From Octopus vulgaris (Eukaryota): a stretch of 64,000 bases of DNA. Positions 42,863 through 56,363 of the stretch are shown in pieces. Below the pieces are notes generated by a model. It made no database searches. It was given only the letters and a program-made list of their open reading frames with translations, and was not told where the DNA came from. The position numbers were made by a program, and so were the translations under genes. The DNA lies in assembly GCA_951406725.2 (NCBI GenBank), contig OX597826.1, positions 27,156,001-27,220,000 on the forward strand. Reading direction: 5' to 3'. Each line of letters starts with the position of its first letter. Position 1 is the first letter of the stretch.

Positions 42863-44984
42863 TCATGTTGGCTATAATGTTAACAAATAGACTATACAGC
42901 AAACAAGTAGACTTATACAGCAAACAAGTATGTTATGCCCCCAGCAAATGGCTATAATGGATGCAAGTAGACACCAATGCAAACGCGCACCAACATGACA
43001 ATCTAGCTTGCAGCATAACCTGCTTACATAGAATATCACCTAGCAGCTTCCAGTGTGTGTGTGTGTGTGTGTATGTTCATATGTTTCTCTGAAGCTTTAA
43101 ATTTGCTGAACTGGCCTTCTGATTGAAACTGGAACTTCTGTAATGAAACATAAATTTATAGTTTCTGTGAGAAGACACTCAAGTTCTTGAGATCCATAAG
43201 GGATGGTGCGATACTAATACCTTTCTGAAAAGAAGTGGTTTTAGATGAGACTCAAATTGAGGTGTTACAACATAACCACATATATTAATATGCTATTAAT
43301 CCGTTGTATGGTAGTGAGCTGGTTGAATCATTACCGCAAAATCTCTTTTAGCATTTCATCCGTCGTTACTTTCTGATTTCAAGTTTCGCCGAAGTCGACT
43401 TTGCCATTTACCATCGGGGGGGGGGCGATAAAATGAGTACCATTTGAACACTTGGATCGACGTAACCGACTTAACTGTCTCCACAAAATTGCTGGCTTTA
43501 CGCCAAAATTTGAAATCAGTATTAATTATTATAATTTTTTTTCGTTTCAGAGGGACAGTCATCTACCTATGCCCGATCGACATCATTTGAATTCCAGCAT
43601 TGTTAAAATACAGGTATTTCATCAACGATTTACTTTACACACTAATTTTAAATGTTAACACATCTTTTGTGTATTTGATAAAACTAATATGTTCCCTTAT
43701 TTAGAGTTAAAGTAGAATCAATATAATTTTATCTCCCTGGACTGAAACCAATATCTGCAATCCGTCAGTGACGTCACGATAAATATTTCAGTTAAATAAT
43801 TTTTCTTTTGCTACTTCCAGTTTTGAATTCACGTATTTTTAAGCCACGTTTTCACTAATTTCGTAAGTTCATAAAACCTAACTATACTGACATTTCGCTT
43901 GCCGAGATTGACCAAGCATTTTGCACGTATGTTCGCAGAACATGGTAAGAGTTCGAAGCATACTGACAGTGAACAATACAGGAAAATTTCTGCCTCCATA
44001 CCACTGACGTTCATGATGAAAGAAAAATGACCTCCGTCTTGAGCCAGTAGTGCGTGTCCCTCAGCGTTGTTCCTAGAATACAAAAACCAAAACTGATAAC
44101 GCAAGGAATTCACAAACCAGCATACACATCCTGTTCTTACATCGGCTTCAAATTACGGCACAAGGATCGCAATTTACGGGTGGGATTAGTCAATTACATT
44201 GACATCCAATGTTCAATTGCTACTTTCTCTATAAAGATGAAAAGCATAGTCAACCTCGGTAGGATTTGAGCTCAGTAGATAAAGACAGACAATATGACGG
44301 TAAGCATTTTAACCGGCATGCTAAAGATTCTGCCAGCTTGCCGCCTTACTGTATGTTCCTATATCAAGGCATATAAGAATATAGATTGTTCTTATGAGAA
44401 GGCGTATGTTCTCATATCAAGGCATAGAGGATGTATATTCACATTAGGATCAGAAGATGCCAGGAATCTAAAGCGTTTGGCATTAATATCATAAATCATT
44501 GAATGATCATTTCACTCACATGCTTCCATACTTTCGTATTGGAAACGCAGATCATATTACAGCCGATCACGCAAGCAGATTTCAACACCAAAATGTGCAG
44601 AGTTGGACATAGAAAAATACTGTGATATATTAATCACATCACATTCTCCAGCCTGTAGCTTACATGTATTAACACACATTTCAATCTATAGTTGACTAAT
44701 GCTTTCAAATATTCCGTCAACCAATTACCAAGTTTACATATAATCCCTTCTAAATAATAAGTGACATTTTTCACTAGTCTTTCAGATTTGTTATCTTTCT
44801 TCTATCGCTGAGGTAGTCTCTTTCCTTCTTGCATTCCCTCTTTCCCCCCCTCTCTCTCTCTCTTTTCTTCTTTTCATTGGGCAGGAATAATGGCCTCTAA
44901 TTTAGGCACAAATGCAGCAGTTTCGAAGGTGAGTATTTTATTTTATCGATTCTGAAAGCATTAAAGGCAAGGTTAACCTACGTA

Positions 44985-45345
44985 GGGTTTGAACTCAGAA
45001 GGCAAAGAAACAAAACCAATGCTGCAATGATCTAATTTTTTACCGAATGCCCCCACAAATACACCACCTCGTCCTTAGTAATTTTGAAACAAAGACACCA
45101 GTATATCACTGATATTTTAGCCAACTCGAAACGATGAAAGGCAAAACTGACCTACACGGTGTTTGAATTCAGAAGATAAAGAAACAAAACCAATGCTGCA
45201 AAGATCTAATTTTTTACCGAAGACCGTGACAAATACACCACCATGTCGTTAGCAATTTTGGTACAAAGACATTAATATGTCACTGATATTTTAGCCAACT
45301 TGAAAGGAGGAAAGGCAAATATAACCCGAGTGAAATTTGATTTCA
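44985..45345. repeat. ~175-bp tandem duplication of degenerate SINE-derived sequence
   Basis: AAAGAAACAAAACCAATGCTGCAA..GATCTAATTTTTTACCGAA occurs near 45004 and 45178. Confidence 0.8.
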
Positions 45346-46439
45346 GAAAATGAAGAAGCAGAGGCAAATTCATAAGGCATTTTCCCTGGTTATTCTACCG
45401 ATTCTGCCAGCTCACTGTTTTCTTTAATCTAAAAATAATGGCCTCCGACGTACCACCATCCCAATGGTTTTAAAGAAGTTCGTATTTTGTTAAATCGATC
45501 TTATTATTTGACTGATCTTTCTCGACAGGGAAAAGGCCAAACCGACTTTTGTGTGAACCGAACTTCTAACGTAAAGAAATACAACTAAATAGCAAAGCAT
45601 TTTATCTGGTGCTTTAATTCCTCTTTCATTTTTTCTTTTCAGATATAGCATTAATAATTCCACAATAAGCACATTTTTTTAATAATGTAAATTCTACAAA
45701 AAGGATTGAAATCAATACTATAAATGATTGATTCCAATTTGAAACAAAACGATTTATCTGCTAAACTCAAAGACTTAAAACCATATTTCTTCCTAATATA
45801 GGCACGTGATCGAAAGTATTGGGTGATGAAGGTGTGTCTGATCAAAACAATTCCTGTTACGGGTATAGTCTTTTAAGTGGGGTGGAGGACAGCTCATTAA
45901 ATCAACCCCAGTACTTCATTAGCACTTACATTTTATCGACCGCAAAAGGTTGAAAGGCGAACTCCAACACAGTAAGGTTTTGAAGTCAGAAATTAAAGGT
46001 ACATAAATAGACGTCACAATATAATTTTTCCGTTGCTCTCACGATTTTGTTAATCTTCGATTTTATTGAGTAGTACGTATGTTACGATCACAGCTATAAC
46101 TGCCTTTAAGTAGGTTACGACCACGAGGGTCCAGTTGATCCGATCAGCAGAAGAACCTCCACGTGAAATTAACGGACAAGCACTCTACAGACGTGTACCC
46201 TTAACATAGTTCTCAGGGAGGTTCAGCGTGACATAAAAAGCGACAAGGCTGGCCCTTTGAACTCACGAACTTACGATCTTGAGCCGAATGCCCTATCCAC
46301 TGGGCCAATTAAGGAATGATCGAAACACAAAGTTCATTCGACAGCGGCTGATCTTAAACTCAGAAATTAAAGGGGCGTAACTTGATGCAGTTTATATTTC
46401 TGAGCCGAACAATTACTATAGGTGAGACTGGTCATCTCG

Positions 46440-47824
46440 TCTTGATTGTTGATGTTGACGATGTTGAGGGTAAAGATTAATTTGGTGGTGCTGCTGGCGA
46501 TGCCGACGACGCCAGCGATAATGATGATGACAACGACGGTTACAATGATGATGATGATGATCGTGGTGGTGGTGGTGTTGGTGATTATGTGGATGGCAAC
46601 GACGACGAGGACGATGATGATGATGATCATGGTGGTGGTGATGATGACACGACGACGATAATGATGATGAAGACGGTGGTGGTGTTGGTAACGATGACGA
46701 CGACGACGACAATGATGATGGTGGTGGTGGTGGTGATGTTGATGATGATGACGACGACGACAATGAGAATGACAATGATGGTAGTGGTGGTGGTACAGTG
46801 TCGGTTGTTGGTGACATGATGACAATCAAGAACGCGACGACGATGATGATGACGACGATGATGATGACGACGATGATGATGACGACGATGATGATGACGA
46901 CGATGATGATGACGACGAAAGCGACGACGGCGTCGAAGGTGACGACGATGGCGATAACGATGACAATAAGAAATAAAGGGACAGGGAGTGGGGATACGAG
47001 GTTGTGGAATAGCAGAAGGCGGTGGGCATGGAGTGGAGTTGAAGTGGTCCGACAATAATGTGTTGATGATGAAAGACATGAAGTCGATGGCATTTCTAAC
47101 GATTTTGGCGAAGTCGATGATCGTTATTCATAATCACAATAACAACAAAAATGACGATAATTATGTTGTTGCGGCTGCCGCACTGCTGCTGCGCCGCCAC
47201 TATTACCGTCACTTCTGCAATCGCTGTAGCTGCTGCTGAAGACGACTATTGACGCCGATGTTCATGACGTTGGCGTTAATGATTATGTAGATGACAGTGA
47301 TTTTGCCACTTGTAATGAAGTGGATGGTGTTTGTTGAGACGACGACGACGAGACTGAAGTAAATAAGGTTGATGTTAAGGATTTTATTTATTAATATTAA
47401 TTAGTCAGTGAGGTGAGACTGTAATGGTGGTGGTGGTAGTGATGGATAAGATTAATTAGTAATCTTTTCTTCTCTAAGCACAAGGCCCGAAATTTTGGGG
47501 GAGGGAGCCAGTCAGTTAGATCAACCTCAGTACGCAACTGGTACTTAATTTATCGACCCCGAAAGGATGAAAGGCAGAGGCGACCTCGGCGGAATTTGAA
47601 CTCAGAACGTAGTGACGGGCGAAATACGGCTAAGAATTTCGTCCGGCGTGTTAACGTTTCTGTCAGTTCGACACCTTGATTAGCAATGGTTAAGAAATTG
47701 GTGCATGGGGGACGATAGCGAAGTTAAGAAATAAGACTGAAAATACGGAGGCGGTGGAACGAGTGGAGATTTGTGTGGAGACTAGGAGAATATAAAACTG
47801 GTTAGAAGAGGGAAGAGGGAAATA

Positions 47825-47868
<44 letters not shown>

Positions 47869-48528
47869 AATGATGATGACGAGGATGATGATGGGGAAGA
47901 TGTTGAAAGCTGATAATGATGATAATGTTGACGTTGAATGATGATGATGATAATGATGATAAGGAGGATAAGGAGGATAAGGAGGAGGAGTAGGAGAAGG
48001 AGGAAGTAGAAGAGAAATGTCGATGATGATGATGACGATGATGACGACATTGATTATGAAGATGATGATGATGATATTGGTGGTATTGGTACTGGTGATG
48101 ATGATGATGATGATAGTGATAAGGAAGAAGTGGAAGAGGAGGTAGATCAGTCAGAACGCGGGTGCGTGGTGGGGGGGCGAGCAGGTGGGGATATTTGCCA
48201 ATTGTGACGATGATGCCGATAATGGGGACGGTGAAAATGATGATGAGGATGAAAAGGAAGGAGAGGTATAAGTGGTATATGTAAAGAGAAAAAGAGAGAG
48301 AGAGAGAGAGGGGGAAGTGGAGGAGGAAGAGGAAGTAATGAGTTAGTGTACATGTCGGGAAAATAAGGATGATGATGCTAGTGGTGATGTTGATGATGAT
48401 GATGATGGGGATGATGATGATGATGCTGCTGCTGCTGATGATGATGATGATGATAATGCTGGTGATGATGCTGCTGGTGATTGTGATGCTGATGATGACG
48501 CTGGTGATGATGATGATGATGATGATGT

Positions 48529-48581
<53 letters not shown>

Positions 48582-48890
48582 GTGATGATGAAGATGATGC
48601 TGGTGTTGATGATGATGATGGTGATGATGATGGTGGTGATGATGATGCTGGTGATTGCGATGCTGACGACGATGCTGGTGATGCTGCTGCTGATAATGGA
48701 GATGCTGATGGTGGTGATGGTGGTGACGACGACGACAATGACGGCAGCGACGTCGCCGATGATATATGATAAAATTAGCCGAGATTGTACTTTATAGAGT
48801 ACTCATACCATGCGGCTAAAACGGCTGCCGTTGCAACTGATACTTTTGCAAATGCTATTATAGCTGCTGCCACTACTGCTGCTGCTGCTG

Positions 48891-48959
<69 letters not shown>

Positions 48960-48965
48960 TCATAA
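46440..48965. repeat. Extended low-complexity (GAT/GAC/GGT/GCT/ACT)n region interrupted by a SINE A copy at 47470-47676(-)
   Basis: Degenerate trinucleotide repeats. Confidence 0.85.
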
Positions 48966-49560
48966 TTAATTAACGTTGAAAAACCAAACAATACTATTAC
49001 AGTTGTACCGGAAAAAATATTCCAGCAAACAGGATAATTCTGAATATGACAATAATCTTAAAGTAGAAATAATTGAAGAATAAAAACCTCGACGAGAACT
49101 TCTTATAGGTGAACGAAAGATTCTCACAACGATTAAAAATTTACGTCAAAATACACTAAAATAGCAACATTTGAAAGTACAAGGCTATATGTGTCCACAG
49201 TAGATTTAAAGATGTCAGATGCTGACACCAGTAGTATCTAGATAAACTAAATAATGAATACGTAATTATGTTAATGGAGTTGTTTTGTAAGATTCCGGAT
49301 GAGAAGTCCTGTGTTGAAACGTGTATTTTCGTATGTCAGGGTGGTCACGTTTTGCTGGGGGACAAATAAACGCACCCACTATATATTCGTTCCTCATTTC
49401 TTATTTTTCTATCTTTTGTTTTATGTGTCATTTACGCCATTCTCAGCAAGAATGCACTAAAGAGAACGGGAAAAGACACGTGGAACGAAGAGTCACTGAA
49501 GAGGTTACAGGGTGTATTTCGAAAGATTTCCATATTATTATTAATATTCTTCTTCTTCTT

Positions 49561-49686
<126 letters not shown>

Positions 49687-49688
49687 CC

Positions 49689-50121
49689 AAGTGAGAGTGC
49701 AGTGCATACCATCAAAGTGACACTGGGGTAAAATATACGAAGTCCAGTATACCTATTATGACTACCCGTCTGATAAGGGTACACCAGGCACATGCATCAC
49801 AACCATATGTGCGCGACATGGTGATCTCAAATCAAGATCAATAGCGCATGACCTTGCAAGTGGGGCCCAGTTAGAATTTCCTTCTGGTCGAGTAACCCAT
49901 CCCGCTCAAAAGGTCCCTGATTAAGCATTGTTTAAGGATGTTGAACGAACCACCAATGTTTCCAAAGGTGAATTATCCAAACCTCTAAGAATTCCTTTCA
50001 ACACACGGCTATGACACTCCCCAACTAATTCTGCTCGCGATCAGAGGTGCACATGTCGTCAGCCATTAAGGGTCAACTGGTCAACTGGTTAAGGTCAAAC
50101 AACTGACCAGCAAATCTGTGG
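49689..50121 (-). mobile_element. (AAT)n-associated element, copy 4 (5'-truncated, diverged)
   Basis: Reverse complement of the 3' portion of 2052-2607, inside (ATT)n. Confidence 0.85.
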
Positions 50122-50133
50122 TTATTGTTATTA

Positions 50134-50216
<83 letters not shown>

Positions 50217-50715
50217 GAGTGAGCGAGCAGAGCATGCCATCAAAGTGACACCGGGGTAAAATATACGGAGCCCAGTATACCCATCATGACTACCCGTCTG
50301 ATAAGGGTACACCAGGCACATGTATCACAACCATATGTGCGCGACATGGTGATCTCATATCAAGGTAAACAGCGCATGACCTTGCAGGTGGGGCTCAGTT
50401 AGAATTTTCTTCAGGTCGAGTAACCCATCCCGCTCAAAAGGTCCCTGAATAAGGGTTGTTTAAGGATGTTGAAAGAACCACCCTTGTTTCCAGAGCTGAA
50501 TAATTCAAACCCCAAAGAATCCCTCTCAACGCATGGCTATGATGCTCCCCCACTACTTCTGCTCGGTTAAGGTCAAACAACTGACAAGCAAATCTGTGGC
50601 ATTGAGCAGAATATTTGCTGTAGCCCATCTTTTATACCAAGACAAAACAATGTACATGATGACACTTCCAATCAGTTAAGATCAGAAGCCATGAGAGCCA
50701 CTGCCTGGTACTACA

Positions 50716-50716
<1 letters not shown>
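50217..50716 (-). mobile_element. (AAT)n-associated element, copy 5 (internal deletion of about 50 bp)
   Basis: Reverse complement of the unit, with (ATT)n on both sides. Confidence 0.85.
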
Positions 50717-50766
<50 letters not shown>

Positions 50767-50929
50767 CATCATCATCATCATCATCATTATTATCATTATT
50801 ATTATTTTTATTCTGCTTCCCACTTCTCTCCCTCTTTTTCCTCATCATCATAATCTCCACCATCACCACCACCACCATCACCACCATCACCACCACCACC
50901 AACACCACCAACACCACCAACACCAGGCA

Positions 50930-51142
50930 GTGAGGTGTCAGTGAGGTGTTAGCATGCCGTGCGATATCCTTAGCTGTATTTCGCCCGTCCCTACGTTCTG
51001 AATTCATATTCTGCCGATGTCGACTTTGCCTTTCATCCTCTAGGTGTCGATAGATCAAATACCAGTTGCGTAGTGGGGTCGACCTAATCGACTGTCCCCA
51101 CTCTCCAAAAGTTTCGGGTTTTGTGCCTTGAGTAGAAAAGAA
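50930..51142 (+). mobile_element. SINE family A variant with an alternative 3' tail
   Basis: Same body as family A, but the tail is CCAAAAGTTTCGGGTTTTGTGCCTTGAGTAGAAAAG. Confidence 0.75.
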
Positions 51143-51700
51143 CATTTCTGCTTGAATATACCGTAGTACGCTTGGAATAGTGGTCAGAATTCTTCGCTCT
51201 CGACCGAAAGGTCATGAGTTCGATTCGCGACGCATTGTGTCCCCTAGCAGCCCACTATATTCCCCTATGCTCGAGTCCCCTCAGCTGGCAAAAAGGAATT
51301 GTATCTCTATTTCATAACGGCCGTCCTCCTCTCCTTGAGTGTCACGTTAATTTTCACCCAGAACTACGTTAACGGTACATGTCTCTGCTGAGTGCTCAGC
51401 CGTTTGCACTTCAATTTTAGGAAAACACTGTTCCATTGATAGCATCAGCTAGATCACTTGTCATCGTCGCAACCGACGGTGCACAAGATCGTGCCTCAGT
51501 ACGTACCCAGTTTTCGTCTATTGCAGCTACTATAATTGCTACCTATAATTATTATTTATTGTTATATTTTGGGATGGTCTCTTTTGTTTGCCAAAAAAAT
51601 ACTCACATAATTTATTTAATACAGTTCTATATTTAAGAGATGACGAATTATGTACATTATTTACATTTGACGGATATTTGTCCTCATTTTGTTTGTTATT

Positions 51701-51746
51701 AACACAACGTTTCAGTTGATATGGCCACCTGCCTTCATCAGGTGTC
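51701..51746 (-). ncRNA. Minimal type I hammerhead motif (Penelope-like pseudo-LTR fragment), degenerate stem II
   Basis: Minus strand reads GACAC-CTGATGA-A-GGCAG-(10 nt)-CAACT-GAAA-CG-TT-GTGTT. Stem I is GACAC/GTGTT and stem III is the palindromic ACGT. Confidence 0.6.
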
Positions 51747-51832
51747 TTGGGGAAATTTCGAACCTGGGTTCTCATTCCTAAGGTATTTTTCGATGTTACC
51801 GCAAGATTCCGAGTTCGATTCCATGCAGTGCT

Positions 51833-51915
<83 letters not shown>

Positions 51916-51980
51916 TGATGATGATGATGAGGATGAGGATGATGATGATGATGATGATGATGATAATGATAATAATAATG

Positions 51981-52048
<68 letters not shown>

Positions 52049-52049
<1 letters not shown>

Positions 52050-52546
52050 TACCCTGATGCAGTACCGGGCACCGGCTCTCATAGCTTTTAATCTCAACTG
52101 AATTGAAGTGTTATCATGTACATTGCTTTGTCTTGGTATAAAAGATGGGCTACAGCAAATATTCTGCTCACTACCACAGATTTGCTTGTCAGTTGTTTGA
52201 TCTTAACCAGTTGACCATGCCCATTAGCGGCTGACGATATATGCATCTCTGATCACAAGGAGAAGTCGTGGGGTGCATCATAGCCATGTGTTGAGAGAAA
52301 TACTTTGGGATTTCGATAATTCACCTGTGGAAACCTGGGTGTTTCGTTCATAATCCTTAATGAGGGACAATTTGAATGGGATGGGATACCCAATCAAATT
52401 TCTAATAGGGTTCCACCTTCAAGTTCATTCGCTGTTTATCTTTATATAAGATCACTCCGGTTGTGATACATATGCCTGGTGCATCAGACGGGCGTCGTAT
52501 ATTTTACTCCAATGTTATTTTGATGGCATGTGCTGCTCTCTCATTC
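52049..52546 (+). mobile_element. (AAT)n-associated element, copy 6 (older, with deletions)
   Basis: Same 5' start (ATACCCTGATGCAGTACC) and same 3' end, between AAT runs. Confidence 0.82.
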
Positions 52547-52563
52547 AATTAAAAATAATAAAG

Positions 52564-52651
<88 letters not shown>

Positions 52652-52704
52652 TAATAATAATTATAATAATGATGATGATAATAATAATAATGATGATGAT
52701 AATA

Positions 52705-52762
<58 letters not shown>

Positions 52763-52790
52763 CAACAACAACAACAACAATAATAATGAT

Positions 52791-53137
52791 ATGACAATAT
52801 ATATTTAAAAGAAACGGAGAAGCTTTCAAATTGCAAAGATCTGGAAATAGAGGTAACTCGAATGTGGGGCCTAAAAACAGAATCAATTCCTATGATAGTA
52901 GATGTGTAGGTTGTGATTAAAAAAAATAGTCAGCAAAAAAGTAACAAAAACAGCAGGGCTTACAAATGTATATGACATACAAAAAATAAGACTACTAAGA
53001 ACCGCGTACATCCTACGTAAACCCCTTTCCATACAGTGAAAGTAAGAGCACCACAACAAACTACAGCACGTACCCAAGGCACACATAGCTGCATTCAATG
53101 ATGCAGTGGAAAGCACGTGATAACAATAAGACTACCG
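52791..53137 (+). mobile_element. R4/Dong-like LINE, extreme 3' fragment
   Basis: KDLEIEVTRMWGLK motif and a 3' UTR homologous to 4380-4500; ends in AAT repeats. Confidence 0.85.
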
Positions 53138-53322
53138 AATAATAATAACAGCATTTCTGCTCTGAATTTTCTTGCAATGCACCCCATTTGTTTTCTTTGT
53201 TTCCTGATTTTCATTTTGCATTTTCCCCTTTTTGTCTCTGCCTTTCTGTCTTTCTCCCCACCCCCTTTTTTTCTCTATTTCATGATTTGTAAATGAACAA
53301 TCTGGTGTCTTTATTTTGACAG

Positions 53323-53399
53323 TCTACCAATGTATGCAGTGAGTTGCTCTGGACTAGGTGTGGGGAAGACACACGGCAAGAAATGGGAATGGAATCGAA

Positions 53400-53475
<76 letters not shown>

Positions 53476-53518
53476 TAATAATAATAATGGATCCAGTGGC
53501 CAGCAATGTTTGCAAGAG
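53323..53518 (+). CDS. Candidate host-gene exon encoding a poly-Asn tract (product unknown)
   Basis: Acceptor TCTTTATTTTGACAG| and donor GAG|GTCGGT bound an open frame LPMYAVSCSGLGVGKTHGKKWEWNRNS(N)nD(N)nGSSGQQCLQE, with ATG at 53330. Confidence 0.4.
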
Positions 53519-53612
53519 GTCGGTAATTCAATTACATCAGCCCCTGTGCTTCAATTGTGTGTATGTGTGTGTAGGTGTGTGTGTGTGCATATATATATAT
53601 ACATACATACCC

Positions 53613-53693
<81 letters not shown>

Positions 53694-54651
53694 TGTATAT
53701 ATACATGCATACATACACACACACACAGATATATATATTTATATATGTGTATTAAACATGATGAACATCAAGTTAATAACGAATTATATAGATTTTGATA
53801 TGCATACTTCTACACACACACACAGACAGACACACACACAAACATATACACACATGCACACACAAAATTAAACAAATGAATAAATAAATAACGGCAGACG
53901 ATGTCGAGAGACGAGGGACAAAGAAGATGAAGAATTGGCCTCCTTGTTATTTTTCATTGCTAGTGTTTACTGTTCAGGTCACATATAAAGAATCGTCTTG
54001 TCACTATCAACAGAGTTGATGTTTTAGCAAGATGCCTCAGCTATCAACTTCAATTAAAATGCGATATATCATAAGTTGAAGCGAATACGACAGTTTTTAG
54101 AATCAAACCCAACTTGATCCAATTTAAGCAAAAGAAGGGCATAACCAATGTCTACAAGAATTAGGAAATATACTATCGGTATCTTCACTCCTGTGGGTTG
54201 AGAATTTTCCTACGCTAAATTGCCTATTCTTTTCAATATTGCTGTTTCTTCTAAACGTCAGCAAAGTTGTACGAACGTATCGTGTATCACGTATCATGGA
54301 ACAACCGATATATCGTAGTATGTCGAATCGGTATGTTCGTATACGTTATTACTATATAATTGTTTGTCGTAGACGTGTGTGTATCACAGCGTATTACATG
54401 AATATGTAAACACACTCTCACACATAAACATGTGTGCATGAGAGAGAGAGAGAGAGAGAGAGAGCGTATGTCTGTCTGAATGTGTTTGTGAGTTTGTGTG
54501 TGTGTGTGTGTATGAGCACGTGTGTCTGTATAAGTGTGAGAGAAGGAAAGCGAGAATACATTTGTGCCTCGATGCACATAGCAATACAAACACAATATCA
54601 TGACACATAATATTAAATGTGAAAAACTCCACATATATACACTTACCGACT

Positions 54652-54694
<43 letters not shown>

Positions 54695-54695
<1 letters not shown>

Positions 54696-55050
54696 CGTAG
54701 GCCTGGGTGTGTCGTACGAATCTTTATTCACAACCGCATGAGTCCAGGTTCAGTCCGACTGAATGGTCCCTTGAGCAAGTGTCCTCTACTATAGCCTTAG
54801 GCCGACCAAAAACTTGTGAGTGGATTTCGTAGACGGAAACTAAAACAAGCACACATACAGATATAGGTATGTATGCATGTATATTTATGTGTGTGTATTT
54901 GTGTGGGTGTATGTGTTTGTACTTGTGTTTGTCCAAGAAAACCATCTGATAGCCGATAGAAAAAGGTCTAGGTTTAAAACGGAAGTGCTGGTAAAAATTT
55001 AAGGTTTTTCTACAGCATGGCCGCAATCAAATGACTGAAACGAGCAAAAA
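54695..55050 (+). mobile_element. SINE family B, degenerate
   Basis: Head, CCTTGAGCAAGTGTC core, and CAGCATGGCCGCAATCAAATGACTGAAAC tail. Confidence 0.75.
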
Positions 55051-55101
55051 ATACAAGATATATACATATATGTCTATATATATAAATATGCAAGATATAT
55101 G

Positions 55102-55138
<37 letters not shown>

Positions 55139-55228
55139 TATATATATATATATATATAACAATATCTGTTTCAACACACGACTTCACATCAAAAATCTTG
55201 CACAACAAATATATAAACGTATATATAT

Positions 55229-55265
<37 letters not shown>

Positions 55266-55314
55266 CATTTATATAAATGTATATAAATATATATATATAT
55301 ATACATTTCTATAA

Positions 55315-55374
<60 letters not shown>

Positions 55375-55418
55375 TTATATAAATGTATATAAATATATAT
55401 ATATATACATTTATATAA

Positions 55419-55460
<42 letters not shown>

Positions 55461-55594
55461 GTTTATATATTTGTTGTGCAAGATTTTTGATGTGAAGTAG
55501 CTAAACTGGCAAAATGTGCATTCCGAAATATAACAATATCTGTTTCAACACACGACTTCACATCAACAATCTTGTAAAACAAATATATAAACGT

Positions 55595-55668
<74 letters not shown>

Positions 55669-55724
55669 TTATATGTATATATATATATACATATATATAT
55701 ATCTATATATAAATCCTTAAAATC

Positions 55725-55995
55725 TTTTTAAATGTTTTAGCCCGAAGGCCGCGGCCATGCTGGGGCACCACCGCTGAATGAGCTACACTAATATGTGAAT
55801 CCACCTCTGATACGTGGCACTTGGTCAAGAAGGGAGTTCGATGCCGCTGCCCGCATCTGTGTCTCCTGTTTGGGATCCCCAACAAGAAGAGATCCAGTTT
55901 AGTTTTAAAGAAACCCACATCCACACTATGCAAGTCTCTCAGGCATTTAGGGAGGATGTTAAAGAGCTGTGATCCTCTGAAACCCAAGCTGTGTG
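55725..55995 (-). mobile_element. CR1-type LINE 3' end (ORF2 C-terminus and 3' UTR)
   Basis: Minus-strand HSLGFRGSQLFNILPKCLRDLHSVDVGFFKTKLDLFLLGIP matches the LFN.LP..FK..LD.FL C-terminal motif of CR1/L2/Jockey-group ORF2. Confidence 0.8.
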
Positions 55996-55997
55996 TG

Positions 55998-56033
<36 letters not shown>

Positions 56034-56048
56034 CTATATATATATATA

Positions 56049-56102
<54 letters not shown>

Positions 56103-56308
56103 ATATATATATATAAGGTTCATAACATATATATATATATGCATATATTTATATATATATATATATAATATACATAACATATATATATAATGTCCATAAT
56201 ATATATATATATATGCATATATATATATAATATACATAATATAATGTAATATACAAATAAATATCTGTAGATATAAACCATCCGATTTTCTGAGTACATC
56301 ATTTCTTC

Positions 56309-56358
<50 letters not shown>

Positions 56359-56363
<5 letters not shown>

